NCBI GenBank assembly: GCA_016699085.1
Contig: CP064958.1
Span: forward strand, 271,630 to 335,629
Length of the DNA stretch: 64,000 nt
DNA from: Candidatus Nomurabacteria bacterium
GTDB lineage: Bacteria > Patescibacteriota > Minisyncoccia > Phycocordibacterales > UBA9973
Reading direction: 5' to 3'
In this document: one piece after another, positions 18,935 through 28,296 of the stretch
Layout: the number at the start of each line of letters is the position of its first letter
Numbering within the stretch: the first letter of the stretch is position 1
Notes under the pieces: model-generated
Told to the model about the DNA's origin: nothing
Seen by the model: only the letters and a program-made list of their open reading frames with translations
Databases searched by the model: none
Program-made: the position numbers and the translations under genes

Positions 18935-19078
18935 ATGTACGAAGAAGAAGAATTGATTGGTTTGGAATTAGGAGAGGAAGAAGATCCACTAGCAGATGAT
19001 ATCGATTCAGATCTTGAGCCTTTAGCCGACGATGCTGTTGGCGTACCAGAAGAAGAGGAGGAAGAGGCAGGATACTAG
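18935..19078 (+). CDS. Possible 47-aa highly acidic mini-protein
   Basis: MYEEEELIGLELGEEEDPLADDIDSDLEPLADDAVGVPEEEEEEAGY, read directly from the sequence. It is below the ORF-track cutoff and is followed immediately by a strong terminator. Confidence 0.25.
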   Translation: MYEEEELIGLELGEEEDPLADDIDSDLEPLADDAVGVPEEEEEEAGY

Positions 19079-19111
19079 TAAAAACACCCCATGATGGGGT
19101 GTTTTTACTAG
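19075..19111. terminator. Bidirectional intrinsic terminator between ruvC and tyrS
   Basis: CTAGTAAAAACACCCCAT-ga-TGGGGTGTTTTTACTAG is a perfect extended palindrome. Confidence 0.8.
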
Positions 19112-20520
19112 TCTGTGACGAGTTTTATAAAACGGTGTTTGCCGATACGAATCACGAGGCTCTCAACAATTGGCATCTTGGGATCAGTGACGATAGTCTC
19201 CTTTTCGCCATTACCCATCACTATCTTGATTGCATTTTGGGTAACAAGTCTTGCAAACTCTGATTTTGATTCAATGATCCCTTTGTCTAATAGAAAATCA
19301 ACGAGTGGCGTACCCCGTGTAACGATATGTTCTGGTATATGATCAGGCATTTCCTTTTTCTGAAATGTATTTATGAAAAAAGTTTCAGCACCATTCGCCT
19401 TCTGTTCACCATGATAGATAGCCACAATTTCCCGCGCTAGTCTCATTTTAAGATCCTTAGGATTTAAGTTGGTATCAGTAAGTTTTGTTTTTATCTCATC
19501 GATTTCATTAAGGGGTGTAAAAGTAGCTAGTTCAAAATAATTTGCAATTGATGCGTCCGGTATCGACATAACTTTGCCGTACATATCTTCTGGTGTATCA
19601 GTAATCGCAATATAATTATCAAGACTTTTCGACATTTTTTCTTTACCATCAGTGCCGACAAGGAGATCGCAAGCAAGAACTGCCTGCTCTGGTTGACCAT
19701 TAGCTTTCATGACATCACGACCCATAAGCATGTTGAATGTTTGATCAGTGCCACCAATTTCCAAATCGCAGGTGGTATATATTCGCGCAAGTGCAAATGA
19801 GTCAATACCCTGAAGCACTGGGTAGAGCATTTCATGCATATAGAGTTCCCGACCATCATCTATCCTCTTTTGAAACATGTCCCGTTCAATAAGTCGCGCA
19901 TGAGTAACATGTTTGAGTGTCCACAATAATCCCCGGAGTGTAATGGCAACGATGTTATCTGTATTATGAAGATGGGTTATTTGCATTCGCGTCTTTTCAA
20001 ATAAGACGGATTTACCAATAAATGAATTTGGTGCAAATGGCACACTCATTTTTTTGTGCTCACTATCTTCTACATCAAGCGATATAGCAGTATCTTCTGA
20101 TGGAGCAATGTCAGTAATACCAAAAAACCAATCAGAATTTCTGATCCAAGAAAATAATTCTGGATCAATCGTGAGAATATTGCCTACTTGATCCAAGTAC
20201 GTTTGCATGTTTATTTCAACTTCCTTTTGATCCATTTCTGGTCGTATTTTATCTTTTCCGGTCGGATCACCAATTCGCGCAGTAAAATCCCCAATAAGAA
20301 AAATAACTTTACAACCCATGTCTTGGAATTTTCGCAATTTTCTAAGTACAACAGCATGACCCAAATGTATATCAGGGCGTGTAGGATCAACGCCAAATTT
20401 AATGACAACTTTTTCTGGAGTTTCTAAAATTTTCTTTTTAAACGATCCTTCTGGATCAATGAAAGAGCCCACGCCGCGGGAAAGGAGTTCATCTATTTCT
20501 TTTTCAGTTGGCTTTGCCAT
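19108..20520 (-). CDS. tyrS: Tyrosyl-tRNA synthetase
   Basis: Class I HIGH motif (PTRPDIHLGHAV), KMSKS motif (KMSKSLDNYI), and a C-terminal S4-like domain. At 470 aa it is consistent with TyrRS rather than TrpRS. Confidence 0.85.
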   Translation of the reverse strand: MAKPTEKEIDELLSRGVGSFIDPEGSFKKKILETPEKVVIKFGVDPTRPDIHLGHAVVLRKLRKFQDMGCKVIFLIGDFTARIGDPTGKDKIRPEMDQKEVEINMQTYLDQVGNILTIDPELFSWIRNSDWFFGITDIAPSEDTAISLDVEDSEHKKMSVPFAPNSFIGKSVLFEKTRMQITHLHNTDNIVAITLRGLLWTLKHVTHARLIERDMFQKRIDDGRELYMHEMLYPVLQGIDSFALARIYTTCDLEIGGTDQTFNMLMGRDVMKANGQPEQAVLACDLLVGTDGKEKMSKSLDNYIAITDTPEDMYGKVMSIPDASIANYFELATFTPLNEIDEIKTKLTDTNLNPKDLKMRLAREIVAIYHGEQKANGAETFFINTFQKKEMPDHIPEHIVTRGTPLVDFLLDKGIIESKSEFARLVTQNAIKIVMGNGEKETIVTDPKMPIVESLVIRIGKHRFIKLVTD

Positions 20521-20589
20521 AGTGAGAGCCTAGCATATTTTGGCTATTTTGTCCTTATACAGTCTGCTCGTATGGTAGAATAAAGCTCT

Positions 20590-23094
20590 ATGAAATTAAC
20601 GAAAAAAGAGAGGCACTTTCTACGGAGCACAGCGCTTGTAACACTTTCTGCGGTAGTACTTATCTTATCAGCTGCTTTTATTTGGGTAGCAACACTGCAA
20701 GTCCCTGATTTCCGAGCATTTGAAGATAGAAAAATTTCAAATTCAACAAAAATATATGACAAGACCGGTCTTGTTCTACTTTATGATGTCCATCATGACT
20801 ATAAACGGACAGAGATTCAACCTGAAGCCATGGGTACTAACATTAAAAATGCTACCGTCGCAATTGAAGATGCTGAATTCTACCAGCATAAAGGTATCCG
20901 CATCACTTCCATTATACGTGCTGTGCTCATAAACCTCGCCCATGGAGAATTTTCCCAAGGCGGATCGACGATTACCCAGCAAATAGTCAAAAATACACTT
21001 CTCACCAAAGAAAAGACAATTACACGCAAATTTAAAGAGTGGATTCTGGCGCTTAAACTTGAACGAACAATGACAAAGGAGGAAATACTCACGATTTATC
21101 TCAATGACAATCCGTATGGTGGCAGTATTTATGGTATTGAAGAAGCTTCAGTTACATACTTTGGTAAACACCCCATAGATCTTACCCTCGCTGAGGCAGC
21201 TTATTTGGCTGCTATACCTAAAGCCCCGAGTTATTATTCCCCTTTTGGTAAAAATCTTGATAAATTAGAGGAAAGGAAAAATCTTGTTTTGAGTCGCATG
21301 GATGACTTGCATTTTATTACACCAGAAGAGTACGCCGCAGCAAAAGCGGAAGCGGTTGTATTTTTACCACAAGAGCCTACTGGTATTAAAGCGCCACACT
21401 TTGTATTTTTTATTAAAGACTACTTAGTTCAAAAATATGGTGAAGATGTTGTTGAAAATGGAGGACTCAAAGTTGTCACAACGCTTGATTGGGATTTACA
21501 ATCAAAAGCGGAAGAAATAGTTAAACGGAATGCGCTACTAAATGAGAAAAATTGGAATGCAACGAATGCTAGCATGGTTGCTATTGATGCAAAAACTGGA
21601 CAAATAATTACTATGGTTGGTTCCAGAGATTATTTTGATAAAGCAATTGATGGCAATTTTAATATTGCAACAGCAAAACGTCAGCCAGGGTCTTCATTTA
21701 AACCGTTTGTGTACGCAACTGCATTTAACAAAGGCTACACTCCTAATACCGTCGTCTTTGATGTACCAACAGAATTTCAGAGCAGTTGTGATCCATATGG
21801 TAATGCCTATCCTGGACACTCTCAAAATGACTGCTACAGCCCATCAAACTATGACAACAAGTATGTTGGTCCTATCAATCTTCGAAATGCACTTGCTCAG
21901 TCTCGAAACATACCTGCTGTTAAGGTATTATATTTAGCGGGAATTAAAGATGCAATAACCGTTGCTAGAAATATGGGCATTAGTACTCTTACCGATGCTT
22001 CAGTCTATGGTCTTACACTTGTGCTCGGAGGTGGTGAGGTTAGTTTACTCGATATGACATCCGCCTACAGTACATTTGCTACAGCGGGTATTCATCATGA
22101 TCCAACTGGTATTATTAGTGTCACAGATGAAGATGGTGTAACTCTTGAAACATATACTGATTCTTCAAAAACCGCGATTCCTAAAAATACTGCACTTATG
22201 ATTTCTGATATCCTATCTGACAACACTGCTCGCACGCCGCTTTTTGGAGCTAATTCATTTTTGTATTTTCCTGGACACGAAGTTGCAGGCAAAACTGGTA
22301 CAACTAATAATAATAAAGATGCGTGGCTCTTGGGATACACACCTGATGTTGCACTCGGTGTATGGTCTGGCAATAATGACAACAAACCGATGAAAAAAGG
22401 TTCAGCTATTGATGGACCTATGTGGAATGAATTCATGAAATTATTACTTGCTAAATATCCAAACTCTTCGTTTGAAAAGCCACTCATCAATACGGACCCA
22501 TCACTAAAGCCAATACTGCGCGGGGTGTGGCAGGGAAATCAAAGTGTTGTTATAGATACTGTTTCTGGAAAACTAGCCACTGAATTAACCCCACCAGAAA
22601 CGAGGAAAGAACTTGTGGTTACTGATGTTCATTCAATACTTTATTGGGTAAATAAAAATGATCCATTAGGACCCCCACCCGCTAACCCTGCTAGTGATCC
22701 AGAGTTTGATCATTTTGAAACAACTGTGCAAAACTGGTGGAATGCGAATAAATTTGCATACCCAAGCATTGCACCAAGTATGATTCCAACACTCATTGAC
22801 GATGTTCATACTCTAGAACACATACCAACCGCCATACTCAATAGCCCTTCAGAAACAGTTCTCTATGGAGCAGTCAACCCTATTACTGTTGCATTGCTTT
22901 ATCAAGGCTTCTATCCATTTCAAAAAATGGATATTTACGCTAATGATCAATATATAGGTACAACTTCATCACATACATATACCTTTGTACCAAATGAATT
23001 AAATACGACTAGTTCTATAAATAATCTAAAAGTTATCGTCTATGATAGCGTCTACAACCAGCAAATACTAAACTCAACCTTTAGTATTAATTAA
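20590..23094 (+). CDS. Class A penicillin-binding protein (glycosyltransferase + transpeptidase)
   Basis: GT51 motifs (EDAEFYQHKGI, GGSTITQQ), transpeptidase SxxK (GSSFKP), SxN (SRN) and KTG(T) motifs. N-terminal TM anchor. Confidence 0.9.
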   Translation: MKLTKKERHFLRSTALVTLSAVVLILSAAFIWVATLQVPDFRAFEDRKISNSTKIYDKTGLVLLYDVHHDYKRTEIQPEAMGTNIKNATVAIEDAEFYQHKGIRITSIIRAVLINLAHGEFSQGGSTITQQIVKNTLLTKEKTITRKFKEWILALKLERTMTKEEILTIYLNDNPYGGSIYGIEEASVTYFGKHPIDLTLAEAAYLAAIPKAPSYYSPFGKNLDKLEERKNLVLSRMDDLHFITPEEYAAAKAEAVVFLPQEPTGIKAPHFVFFIKDYLVQKYGEDVVENGGLKVVTTLDWDLQSKAEEIVKRNALLNEKNWNATNASMVAIDAKTGQIITMVGSRDYFDKAIDGNFNIATAKRQPGSSFKPFVYATAFNKGYTPNTVVFDVPTEFQSSCDPYGNAYPGHSQNDCYSPSNYDNKYVGPINLRNALAQSRNIPAVKVLYLAGIKDAITVARNMGISTLTDASVYGLTLVLGGGEVSLLDMTSAYSTFATAGIHHDPTGIISVTDEDGVTLETYTDSSKTAIPKNTALMISDILSDNTARTPLFGANSFLYFPGHEVAGKTGTTNNNKDAWLLGYTPDVALGVWSGNNDNKPMKKGSAIDGPMWNEFMKLLLAKYPNSSFEKPLINTDPSLKPILRGVWQGNQSVVIDTVSGKLATELTPPETRKELVVTDVHSILYWVNKNDPLGPPPANPASDPEFDHFETTVQNWWNANKFAYPSIAPSMIPTLIDDVHTLEHIPTAILNSPSETVLYGAVNPITVALLYQGFYPFQKMDIYANDQYIGTTSSHTYTFVPNELNTTSSINNLKVIVYDSVYNQQILNSTFSIN

Positions 23095-23348
23095 CGAATA
23101 TCAATTATTGGAGATGTTTCAAACACTTCATTAATTTCTTTCAGTATAGTATCTTTTTTTAAAAAAAGTTGGCTTTTTATGATTGGTTTTATAGAAAGAT
23201 ATACCACATTATTAGTGATGGTAATTTGATCAATAGAAATATTTTCCGCTACTGCTTTCGATAATATAGAAGCTACCGCATCAAATGATTTCTTTTTTTT
23301 AAAAGTTTTACCTAATGATGTAAGTAATAATTCTTTAACTGTCTTCAT
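23091..23348 (-). CDS. Small hypothetical protein downstream of dnaN (possibly DUF721-like)
   Basis: 85-aa ORF ending 3 nt after dnaN. Its position is analogous to the small DUF721/DciA-type genes found after dnaN in other bacteria. The sequence evidence is weak. Confidence 0.4.
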   Translation of the reverse strand: MKTVKELLLTSLGKTFKKKKSFDAVASILSKAVAENISIDQITITNNVVYLSIKPIIKSQLFLKKDTILKEINEVFETSPIIDIR

Positions 23349-23351
23349 ATA

Positions 23352-24449
23352 CTATCTATTCATGGGCATAATGAGATAACGAAATGTTGCATCTGACCCA
23401 CCTTTGAGTATTAATGGTTTATTTATTCCATTAAAATTAAGTGTAATACTATCAGCACTTATTGACTGGAAACAATCAATAATATACTTATAATTAAAAC
23501 TAATCGTTATAGGTTCTCCTTCTAGTGCCCCTTCAACCATAGTCTTATTTTCACCCACATCATTGTTTTTTGTTGCTAGGAAAAAAGCTTTTTGTACTGG
23601 ATCAATAGTAAAAGTAATCTGATTAAACTTATCAGAGAAAATATTTGCTATTTTCAAAGCCCTTATAAAATCTTCTTTCAAAACAACGACACTAGTTGTT
23701 GTTTCTTTGGGAATAATTTGTTTATAATCAGGAAAAATTGCATCAATAATACGTGAAGTAAGATATATTCCACCATATGCTATAGCTAGTTGGTTTTTAC
23801 TTGCAGTAATAGTTATATCATCATTTATTTCTTCAAAAATTCTTATTATTTCGATTATATTTTTATAAGGTATAAGAATGCCTGGAAATTCGGTATCATG
23901 GGAAATTTTTATTTTCTTTTCAGCAAGTCTAAAGGAATCAGTAGCCACAAAACTAAGTACGTCTGCGTCAGTATATATATAAATACTGGCAATTTCAGGT
24001 TTTATATCTGATATTGATGAACTATAATAAACTGATTTAATCCCTTCAATAAATTTCTTACACGAAATATGATGCTGTGCCCCCTCAACGATAGGTATTG
24101 TGGGAAAATCTTCATACGAGGCAGTCTTTATTCTAGAAAAATTATTTTTACTTGTACAGACTAAACTATCATTTTCAATAGTTAGGGTAATATTTTTTGT
24201 ATCCGTTATTGTCGCTAAAAACCGTGACAACACATCACCTTTAATTGCAACAACACCTTCTTTTTCAACTGTAGCTGGAATTTCAACCTCAATACCTAAA
24301 CTTAAATTAGTAGAACGTAATTTTATTGATTTTCCTGAAGCAATAAGTAATATACTTCCTAAGATAGGAAGTGATAAATTTTTCCCAGTAATTCTTTCTG
24401 CATATGTAATACCTCGTAATAATTTTTCAACTGAACATTCTAGTTTCAT
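23352..24449 (-). CDS. dnaN: DNA polymerase III beta subunit (sliding clamp)
   Basis: 365 aa immediately downstream of dnaA, with a clamp-like three-domain length and a MKLECSVEKL...PILGSILLIA N-terminus. Confidence 0.85.
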   Translation of the reverse strand: MKLECSVEKLLRGITYAERITGKNLSLPILGSILLIASGKSIKLRSTNLSLGIEVEIPATVEKEGVVAIKGDVLSRFLATITDTKNITLTIENDSLVCTSKNNFSRIKTASYEDFPTIPIVEGAQHHISCKKFIEGIKSVYYSSSISDIKPEIASIYIYTDADVLSFVATDSFRLAEKKIKISHDTEFPGILIPYKNIIEIIRIFEEINDDITITASKNQLAIAYGGIYLTSRIIDAIFPDYKQIIPKETTTSVVVLKEDFIRALKIANIFSDKFNQITFTIDPVQKAFFLATKNNDVGENKTMVEGALEGEPITISFNYKYIIDCFQSISADSITLNFNGINKPLILKGGSDATFRYLIMPMNR

Positions 24450-24659
24450 AGTAGTAGTATTTATTTTATATAAAATTAATTATTACTATTAGTCCTGTGG
24501 ATATGTGGATTACTATATATAGTCATATATACAAGCCTATTTACCGAAATAATATTTTTTACTAACTGCGATTGTATGGTTTTATTTTTCATAACTATAC
24601 TTTTTCTTTTAATTTTTTTATTTATACACAGTCTACACATTTCTATCCACACGTTATTA
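24450..24659. promoter_or_regulatory. Putative oriC (dnaA-dnaN spacer) with DnaA boxes and an AT-rich unwinding region
   Basis: Tandem boxes TGTGGATA (24495-24502) and TGTGGATT (24503-24510), plus TATCCACA (24644-24651), lie in a 210-bp spacer that is very AT-rich (ttttatttttcataactatactttttcttttaattttttta). Confidence 0.5.
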
Positions 24660-26009
24660 TTATTTGAACATACCGCGTATCTGTTCAAGTTCTTGGGATA
24701 AATTTGGGTTTCTTTTTAAATCCTCTTTAATTTTTAAAAATGAATGTATAACAGTTGTGTGATCTTTGCCACCAAGTTTCTGTCCTATGAGTGGATATGA
24801 AACATTAAAATCCTCACGGAGAATATACATAATCATTTGCCTCGCGTGCACGATCTCTTTGCGTCGGGTTTTTTCATATATAGAAGATTCATCAATATTA
24901 TAAAATGTGGAAATAATGTGTACTACTTCATCAATAGAAACATTTTTCTTTGGTTTGATATTATTTTTAATAAGACCTTTGACCTCACTCATTGAAATAT
25001 CCTTATTTTTCAACCTTGTTTGACAAATAATAGCATTTAAACTTCCCTCGAGTTCTCGGATACTGCCGCTTATAACTGCTGCTGTATATTCTAAAACCTC
25101 ATCAGAAATTTCAATTTTTTGTTCTTGCAGTTTTGTTCTGAGTATTGCTAACCTTGATTCATAATCAGGCTCAGTAATATCTACTATCATGCCAGCCGAG
25201 AATCTAGATTTTAATCGGTCTTCAAGACCGGGGATATAATTGGGATGTTTATCTGAAGAAAAAATTATTTGACGGTTACTTTCATAGAAAGTATTGAATG
25301 TATGAAATAATTCTTCTTGTGTTTTCTCCATTTTCCCTACAAATTGGATATCATCGATGATTAGCACATCGTATTTTCTATATTTTTCTTTAAAATTATT
25401 TGCTTTATTTGTTTGAAAAGAATTAATTAGGTCTGTTGCAAACTTTTCAAGGGTAATATAATGCACTTTTTTATCTGGATACTTTGTTTTAATAGCATTA
25501 CCCACACCTTGAATCAGATGTGTCTTTCCTAACCCGGTACCACCATAGATGAAAAATGGGTTATAACTAGCACCAGGCTTACTAACAATAGCTTGGGCCG
25601 CTGCAAATGCTAGTTCATTGAATGAGCCAACAATAAAGCTTTCAAATATATAACGTGGGTTTAAATTATCCTCTTTATTGATATATAAGTCTTGTAAAGG
25701 TAATTCTTTGTTGATAAAAGATTTCTGCTCGATACTAACTTCCTCTTTTGGTTTAATATCATAGCGAGTAATAGTATATTCTACAGCTCTTACATTCTCT
25801 GAATATTGCATCAAGGTCTTCAGTATCAGTTTGTGGTATTTATTACAAAGCCAATCTTTAACAAATTCATTTGGTACACCAATACAAGCGGTGCCATTTT
25901 CTTGACGAGTAATTGTCGTATTTTTAAACCATGTACTATAGTTTGCTCGCGAAACTGCTTGCTCTATATCGCCTAAACATTGTTCCCAAAGTTGTTTTGT
26001 ATCTTGCAT
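24660..26009 (-). CDS. dnaA: Chromosomal replication initiator protein DnaA
   Basis: AAA+ Walker A GGTGLGKTHLIQ, Walker B DDIQFV, a C-terminal DnaA-box binding domain, and a position divergent from rpmH. Confidence 0.95.
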   Translation of the reverse strand: MQDTKQLWEQCLGDIEQAVSRANYSTWFKNTTITRQENGTACIGVPNEFVKDWLCNKYHKLILKTLMQYSENVRAVEYTITRYDIKPKEEVSIEQKSFINKELPLQDLYINKEDNLNPRYIFESFIVGSFNELAFAAAQAIVSKPGASYNPFFIYGGTGLGKTHLIQGVGNAIKTKYPDKKVHYITLEKFATDLINSFQTNKANNFKEKYRKYDVLIIDDIQFVGKMEKTQEELFHTFNTFYESNRQIIFSSDKHPNYIPGLEDRLKSRFSAGMIVDITEPDYESRLAILRTKLQEQKIEISDEVLEYTAAVISGSIRELEGSLNAIICQTRLKNKDISMSEVKGLIKNNIKPKKNVSIDEVVHIISTFYNIDESSIYEKTRRKEIVHARQMIMYILREDFNVSYPLIGQKLGGKDHTTVIHSFLKIKEDLKRNPNLSQELEQIRGMFK

Positions 26010-26156
26010 AAGGTTGAAGTTAACCTATTATAGTCCCTTGTGTGGAAATGCCAACAGGGGTCAATTGGGATGTCTTTGTTGATATCATGTTAATAAGTGT
26101 ATTGTCGATTTTTAGCTAGATATTGTTTTTTATTCAAATTCGCCTATACTAGCACT

Positions 26157-26303
26157 ATGCAAACCTATAAACCTAAAAAGCGTAAGCGAGCAAAGACTCA
26201 CGGCTTTCTTGTCAGAAATGAGACAAAAAATGGCAAAAATGTCCTTCTTAGGCGTCGCCGAAAGGGACGAGTGAAGCTTACTGTGTCCAAACCACGTAAA
26301 TAA
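26157..26303 (+). CDS. rpmH: 50S ribosomal protein L34
   Basis: [43 protein letters not shown] matches the L34 consensus. The ORF table start (26097) is an upstream extension. Confidence 0.85.
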   Translation: MQTYKPKKRKRAKTHGFLVRNETKNGKNVLLRRRRKGRVKLTVSKPRK

Positions 26304-26310
26304 GCCTTAC

Positions 26311-26640
26311 ATGTTAGCCAAACAAAAGCGTATTACCAAACAAAGCTTTCCTAGAAAAGCTGATTTTCGTCTGTCAGGCAATACGCTATCTGCTACTATT
26401 ACCCATTTAAATCAAGGTAAAATAGGTTTTTCAGTCGTTATATCAAAAAAGGTTGCTAAACTTGCTGTTACTAGAAATAAAGCCAGACGTCGTATTTATG
26501 CAATTCTTGAGACATATAGTACAACCACTTCCCCAATGCTTATTGTCATATATGTTAAAAAAAGCATTGAAAAGCTTACAAATCAAGAATTAAAAGAAGA
26601 AATGAAGAGATTATTTCACCAAACACCAATACACACATAA
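26311..26640 (+). CDS. rnpA: Ribonuclease P protein component
   Basis: 109 aa, basic, with RNR motif TRNKARRRIYA, directly after rpmH. Confidence 0.8.
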   Translation: MLAKQKRITKQSFPRKADFRLSGNTLSATITHLNQGKIGFSVVISKKVAKLAVTRNKARRRIYAILETYSTTTSPMLIVIYVKKSIEKLTNQELKEEMKRLFHQTPIHT

Positions 26641-26647
26641 CGTTCCT

Positions 26648-26899
26648 GTGCATTTTATGGTAAAAAAAGTTGTACTCATTGCTATTCGTGTCTATCAGAA
26701 AGTATTTTCACTTGATACTGGCATATTGCCGTGGTTGGGTTTGATTAAAACAAAGAGTTGTGTTTTTTACCCAACATGTTCTGAGTATATGTACCAAGCA
26801 ATAGTTAAATATGGTATTTGGAAAGGTAGTAAGCTTGGCTTACGAAGGCTTTCTAAATGTCATCCATGGGCAAAACCTACCATTGATCCACTTCTGTAA
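26648..26899 (+). CDS. yidD: Membrane protein insertion efficiency factor YidD
   Basis: CVFYPTCSEYMYQAIVKYGIWKGSKLGLRRLSKCHPW, the haemolytic-domain signature. Confidence 0.8.
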   Translation: MHFMVKKVVLIAIRVYQKVFSLDTGILPWLGLIKTKSCVFYPTCSEYMYQAIVKYGIWKGSKLGLRRLSKCHPWAKPTIDPLL

Positions 26900-26938
26900 T
26901 ATTCTTTCGTAATCCCTACTTTCTGCTACAATGGGGGA

Positions 26939-27694
26939 ATGTTACTATTACTTTGGAATTTCATACTCTATAAACCCCTCCTTAATGCTTTGGTCTTTCT
27001 AACATCGATTGCTCCGGCGCACGATGTCGGTATTGCGGTCGTTCTCCTTACTATTGTCGTTAAATTGATACTTTTTCCTTTAACCAAGAAATCGATTATT
27101 AATCAGGCGAAAATGAAGAATATTGAGGGTGAAGTCGCAAAAATAAAGGCAGAAACCCCTGATAAGACAGAACAAGCTAAAAAAACCTTTGAATTGTATA
27201 AGGCAAATAAGGTCAATCCATTTTCGAGTTGTCTTGTTGTGCTTATCCAGTTCCCTATCATTATTGCGCTCTATCAGACATTCAAGAATGGACTAGATCA
27301 ATATCCAGAACTTCTCTACTCTTTTGTTCATTATCCTGAACACATACGGACATTTTTCCTTGGATTTATTGATATAACCAAACACAGCTTACTCTTAGCT
27401 ATTTTGGCTGGCGTAACACAGTTTATACAGGCTCACCTCTCGTTTTCATCAACTGCGCCAAGCGTCCCAGTAAGCAAGGATGCTTCGTTTAGTGCTCAAC
27501 TGGGGCAAAGCATGCAATTTCAAATAAAGTATCTCCTGCCGCCATTTATAGCCTTTATTGGCTATACCGTGTCAGCAGCTATCGTACTGTATTGGGTAAC
27601 TAGCAACATAGTAAGTATTATTCAGGAAGTTATCATTAGAAAAAAAGCTGGTTTATTAGACACCAAAGCACTTTTTAAGTTTAGAAATAAATGA
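26939..27694 (+). CDS. yidC: Membrane protein insertase YidC (short form)
   Basis: 251-aa, 5-TM YidC/Oxa1-like protein in the canonical rnpA-yidD-yidC-jag order. Confidence 0.75.
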   Translation: MLLLLWNFILYKPLLNALVFLTSIAPAHDVGIAVVLLTIVVKLILFPLTKKSIINQAKMKNIEGEVAKIKAETPDKTEQAKKTFELYKANKVNPFSSCLVVLIQFPIIIALYQTFKNGLDQYPELLYSFVHYPEHIRTFFLGFIDITKHSLLLAILAGVTQFIQAHLSFSSTAPSVPVSKDASFSAQLGQSMQFQIKYLLPPFIAFIGYTVSAAIVLYWVTSNIVSIIQEVIIRKKAGLLDTKALFKFRNK

Positions 27695-28152
27695 AAGATG
27701 AAACTAAAAAATTATTGGATGATCTCATACTGAAAAGTGGTTTTGATGTTGTTAAAACTGAAGTGATTCTTGATGAGACTGGTTCGTACTATTGGTATCA
27801 CATTGAAACTAGTGAGCCGAAATATTTGATTGGTCATAACGGAGAAACACTACAAGCGCTTAATCATATTGCAAGAAGAATGCTTGAAACAATAGAGACT
27901 GTAGATGACAAAACCATACTGATCGATGTCAATAACTACCAAAAGACCAGAGTAGATAATTTAAAAACAATAGCTCATATGATGGCTGAGCGAGCGATAT
28001 TTTTCAAATCTAGCGTTGAGATTGACCCAATGTCTGCTTTTGAACGGAAAATCATCCATACTTTTTTAGAGAATAAGAACGACATTAAAACAGAATCAAC
28101 AGGCATTGGTCGTGACCGACGAGTAGTCATCAAATATATAGGGAACATCTAA
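27691..28152 (+). CDS. khpB: Jag/KhpB RNA-binding protein (KH + R3H domains)
   Basis: C-terminal R3H signature FERKIIHTFLENKNDIKTESTGIGRDRRVVI. It overlaps the yidC stop by 4 nt. Confidence 0.75.
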   Translation: MKDETKKLLDDLILKSGFDVVKTEVILDETGSYYWYHIETSEPKYLIGHNGETLQALNHIARRMLETIETVDDKTILIDVNNYQKTRVDNLKTIAHMMAERAIFFKSSVEIDPMSAFERKIIHTFLENKNDIKTESTGIGRDRRVVIKYIGNI

Positions 28153-28235
28153 ATAATTGCGAATTTACAACTACAAATTACGAATGCATACTGTATTTCA
28201 ATTCGTCATTCGTAATTTTTAATTACAACTAAAAT

Positions 28236-28290
28236 AAGACGATTATTTTCTTCTTGTGGGGCGTAGGTCCTCATCGAGAATAATCGTTTT
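28236..28290. repeat. Small IR-flanked GC-core element (family relative) between convergent genes
   Basis: Flanks aagacgattatt / aataatcgtttt. Core CTTCTTGTGGGGCGTAGGTCCTCATCGAG shares the GTCCTCA and CTTGT(T)G motifs with the main family. Confidence 0.45.
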
Positions 28291-28296
28291 TTTATT

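Noticed and set aside
20521-20589. T-box riboswitch upstream of tyrS
   Set aside because: The tyrS-PBP divergent spacer is only 69 bp, too short for a T-box leader, and no specifier or T-box sequence is visible.
26097-26156. Long N-terminal extensions in the ORF track (rpmH from 26097, yebC from 17675, ruvC from 18309, ksgA to 43630, S51 from 16293, peptidase to 820)
   Set aside because: Similarity to the respective families begins at internal Met or GTG codons. The extensions overlap upstream genes or intergenic AT-rich DNA and are treated as artefacts of maximal-ORF calling.
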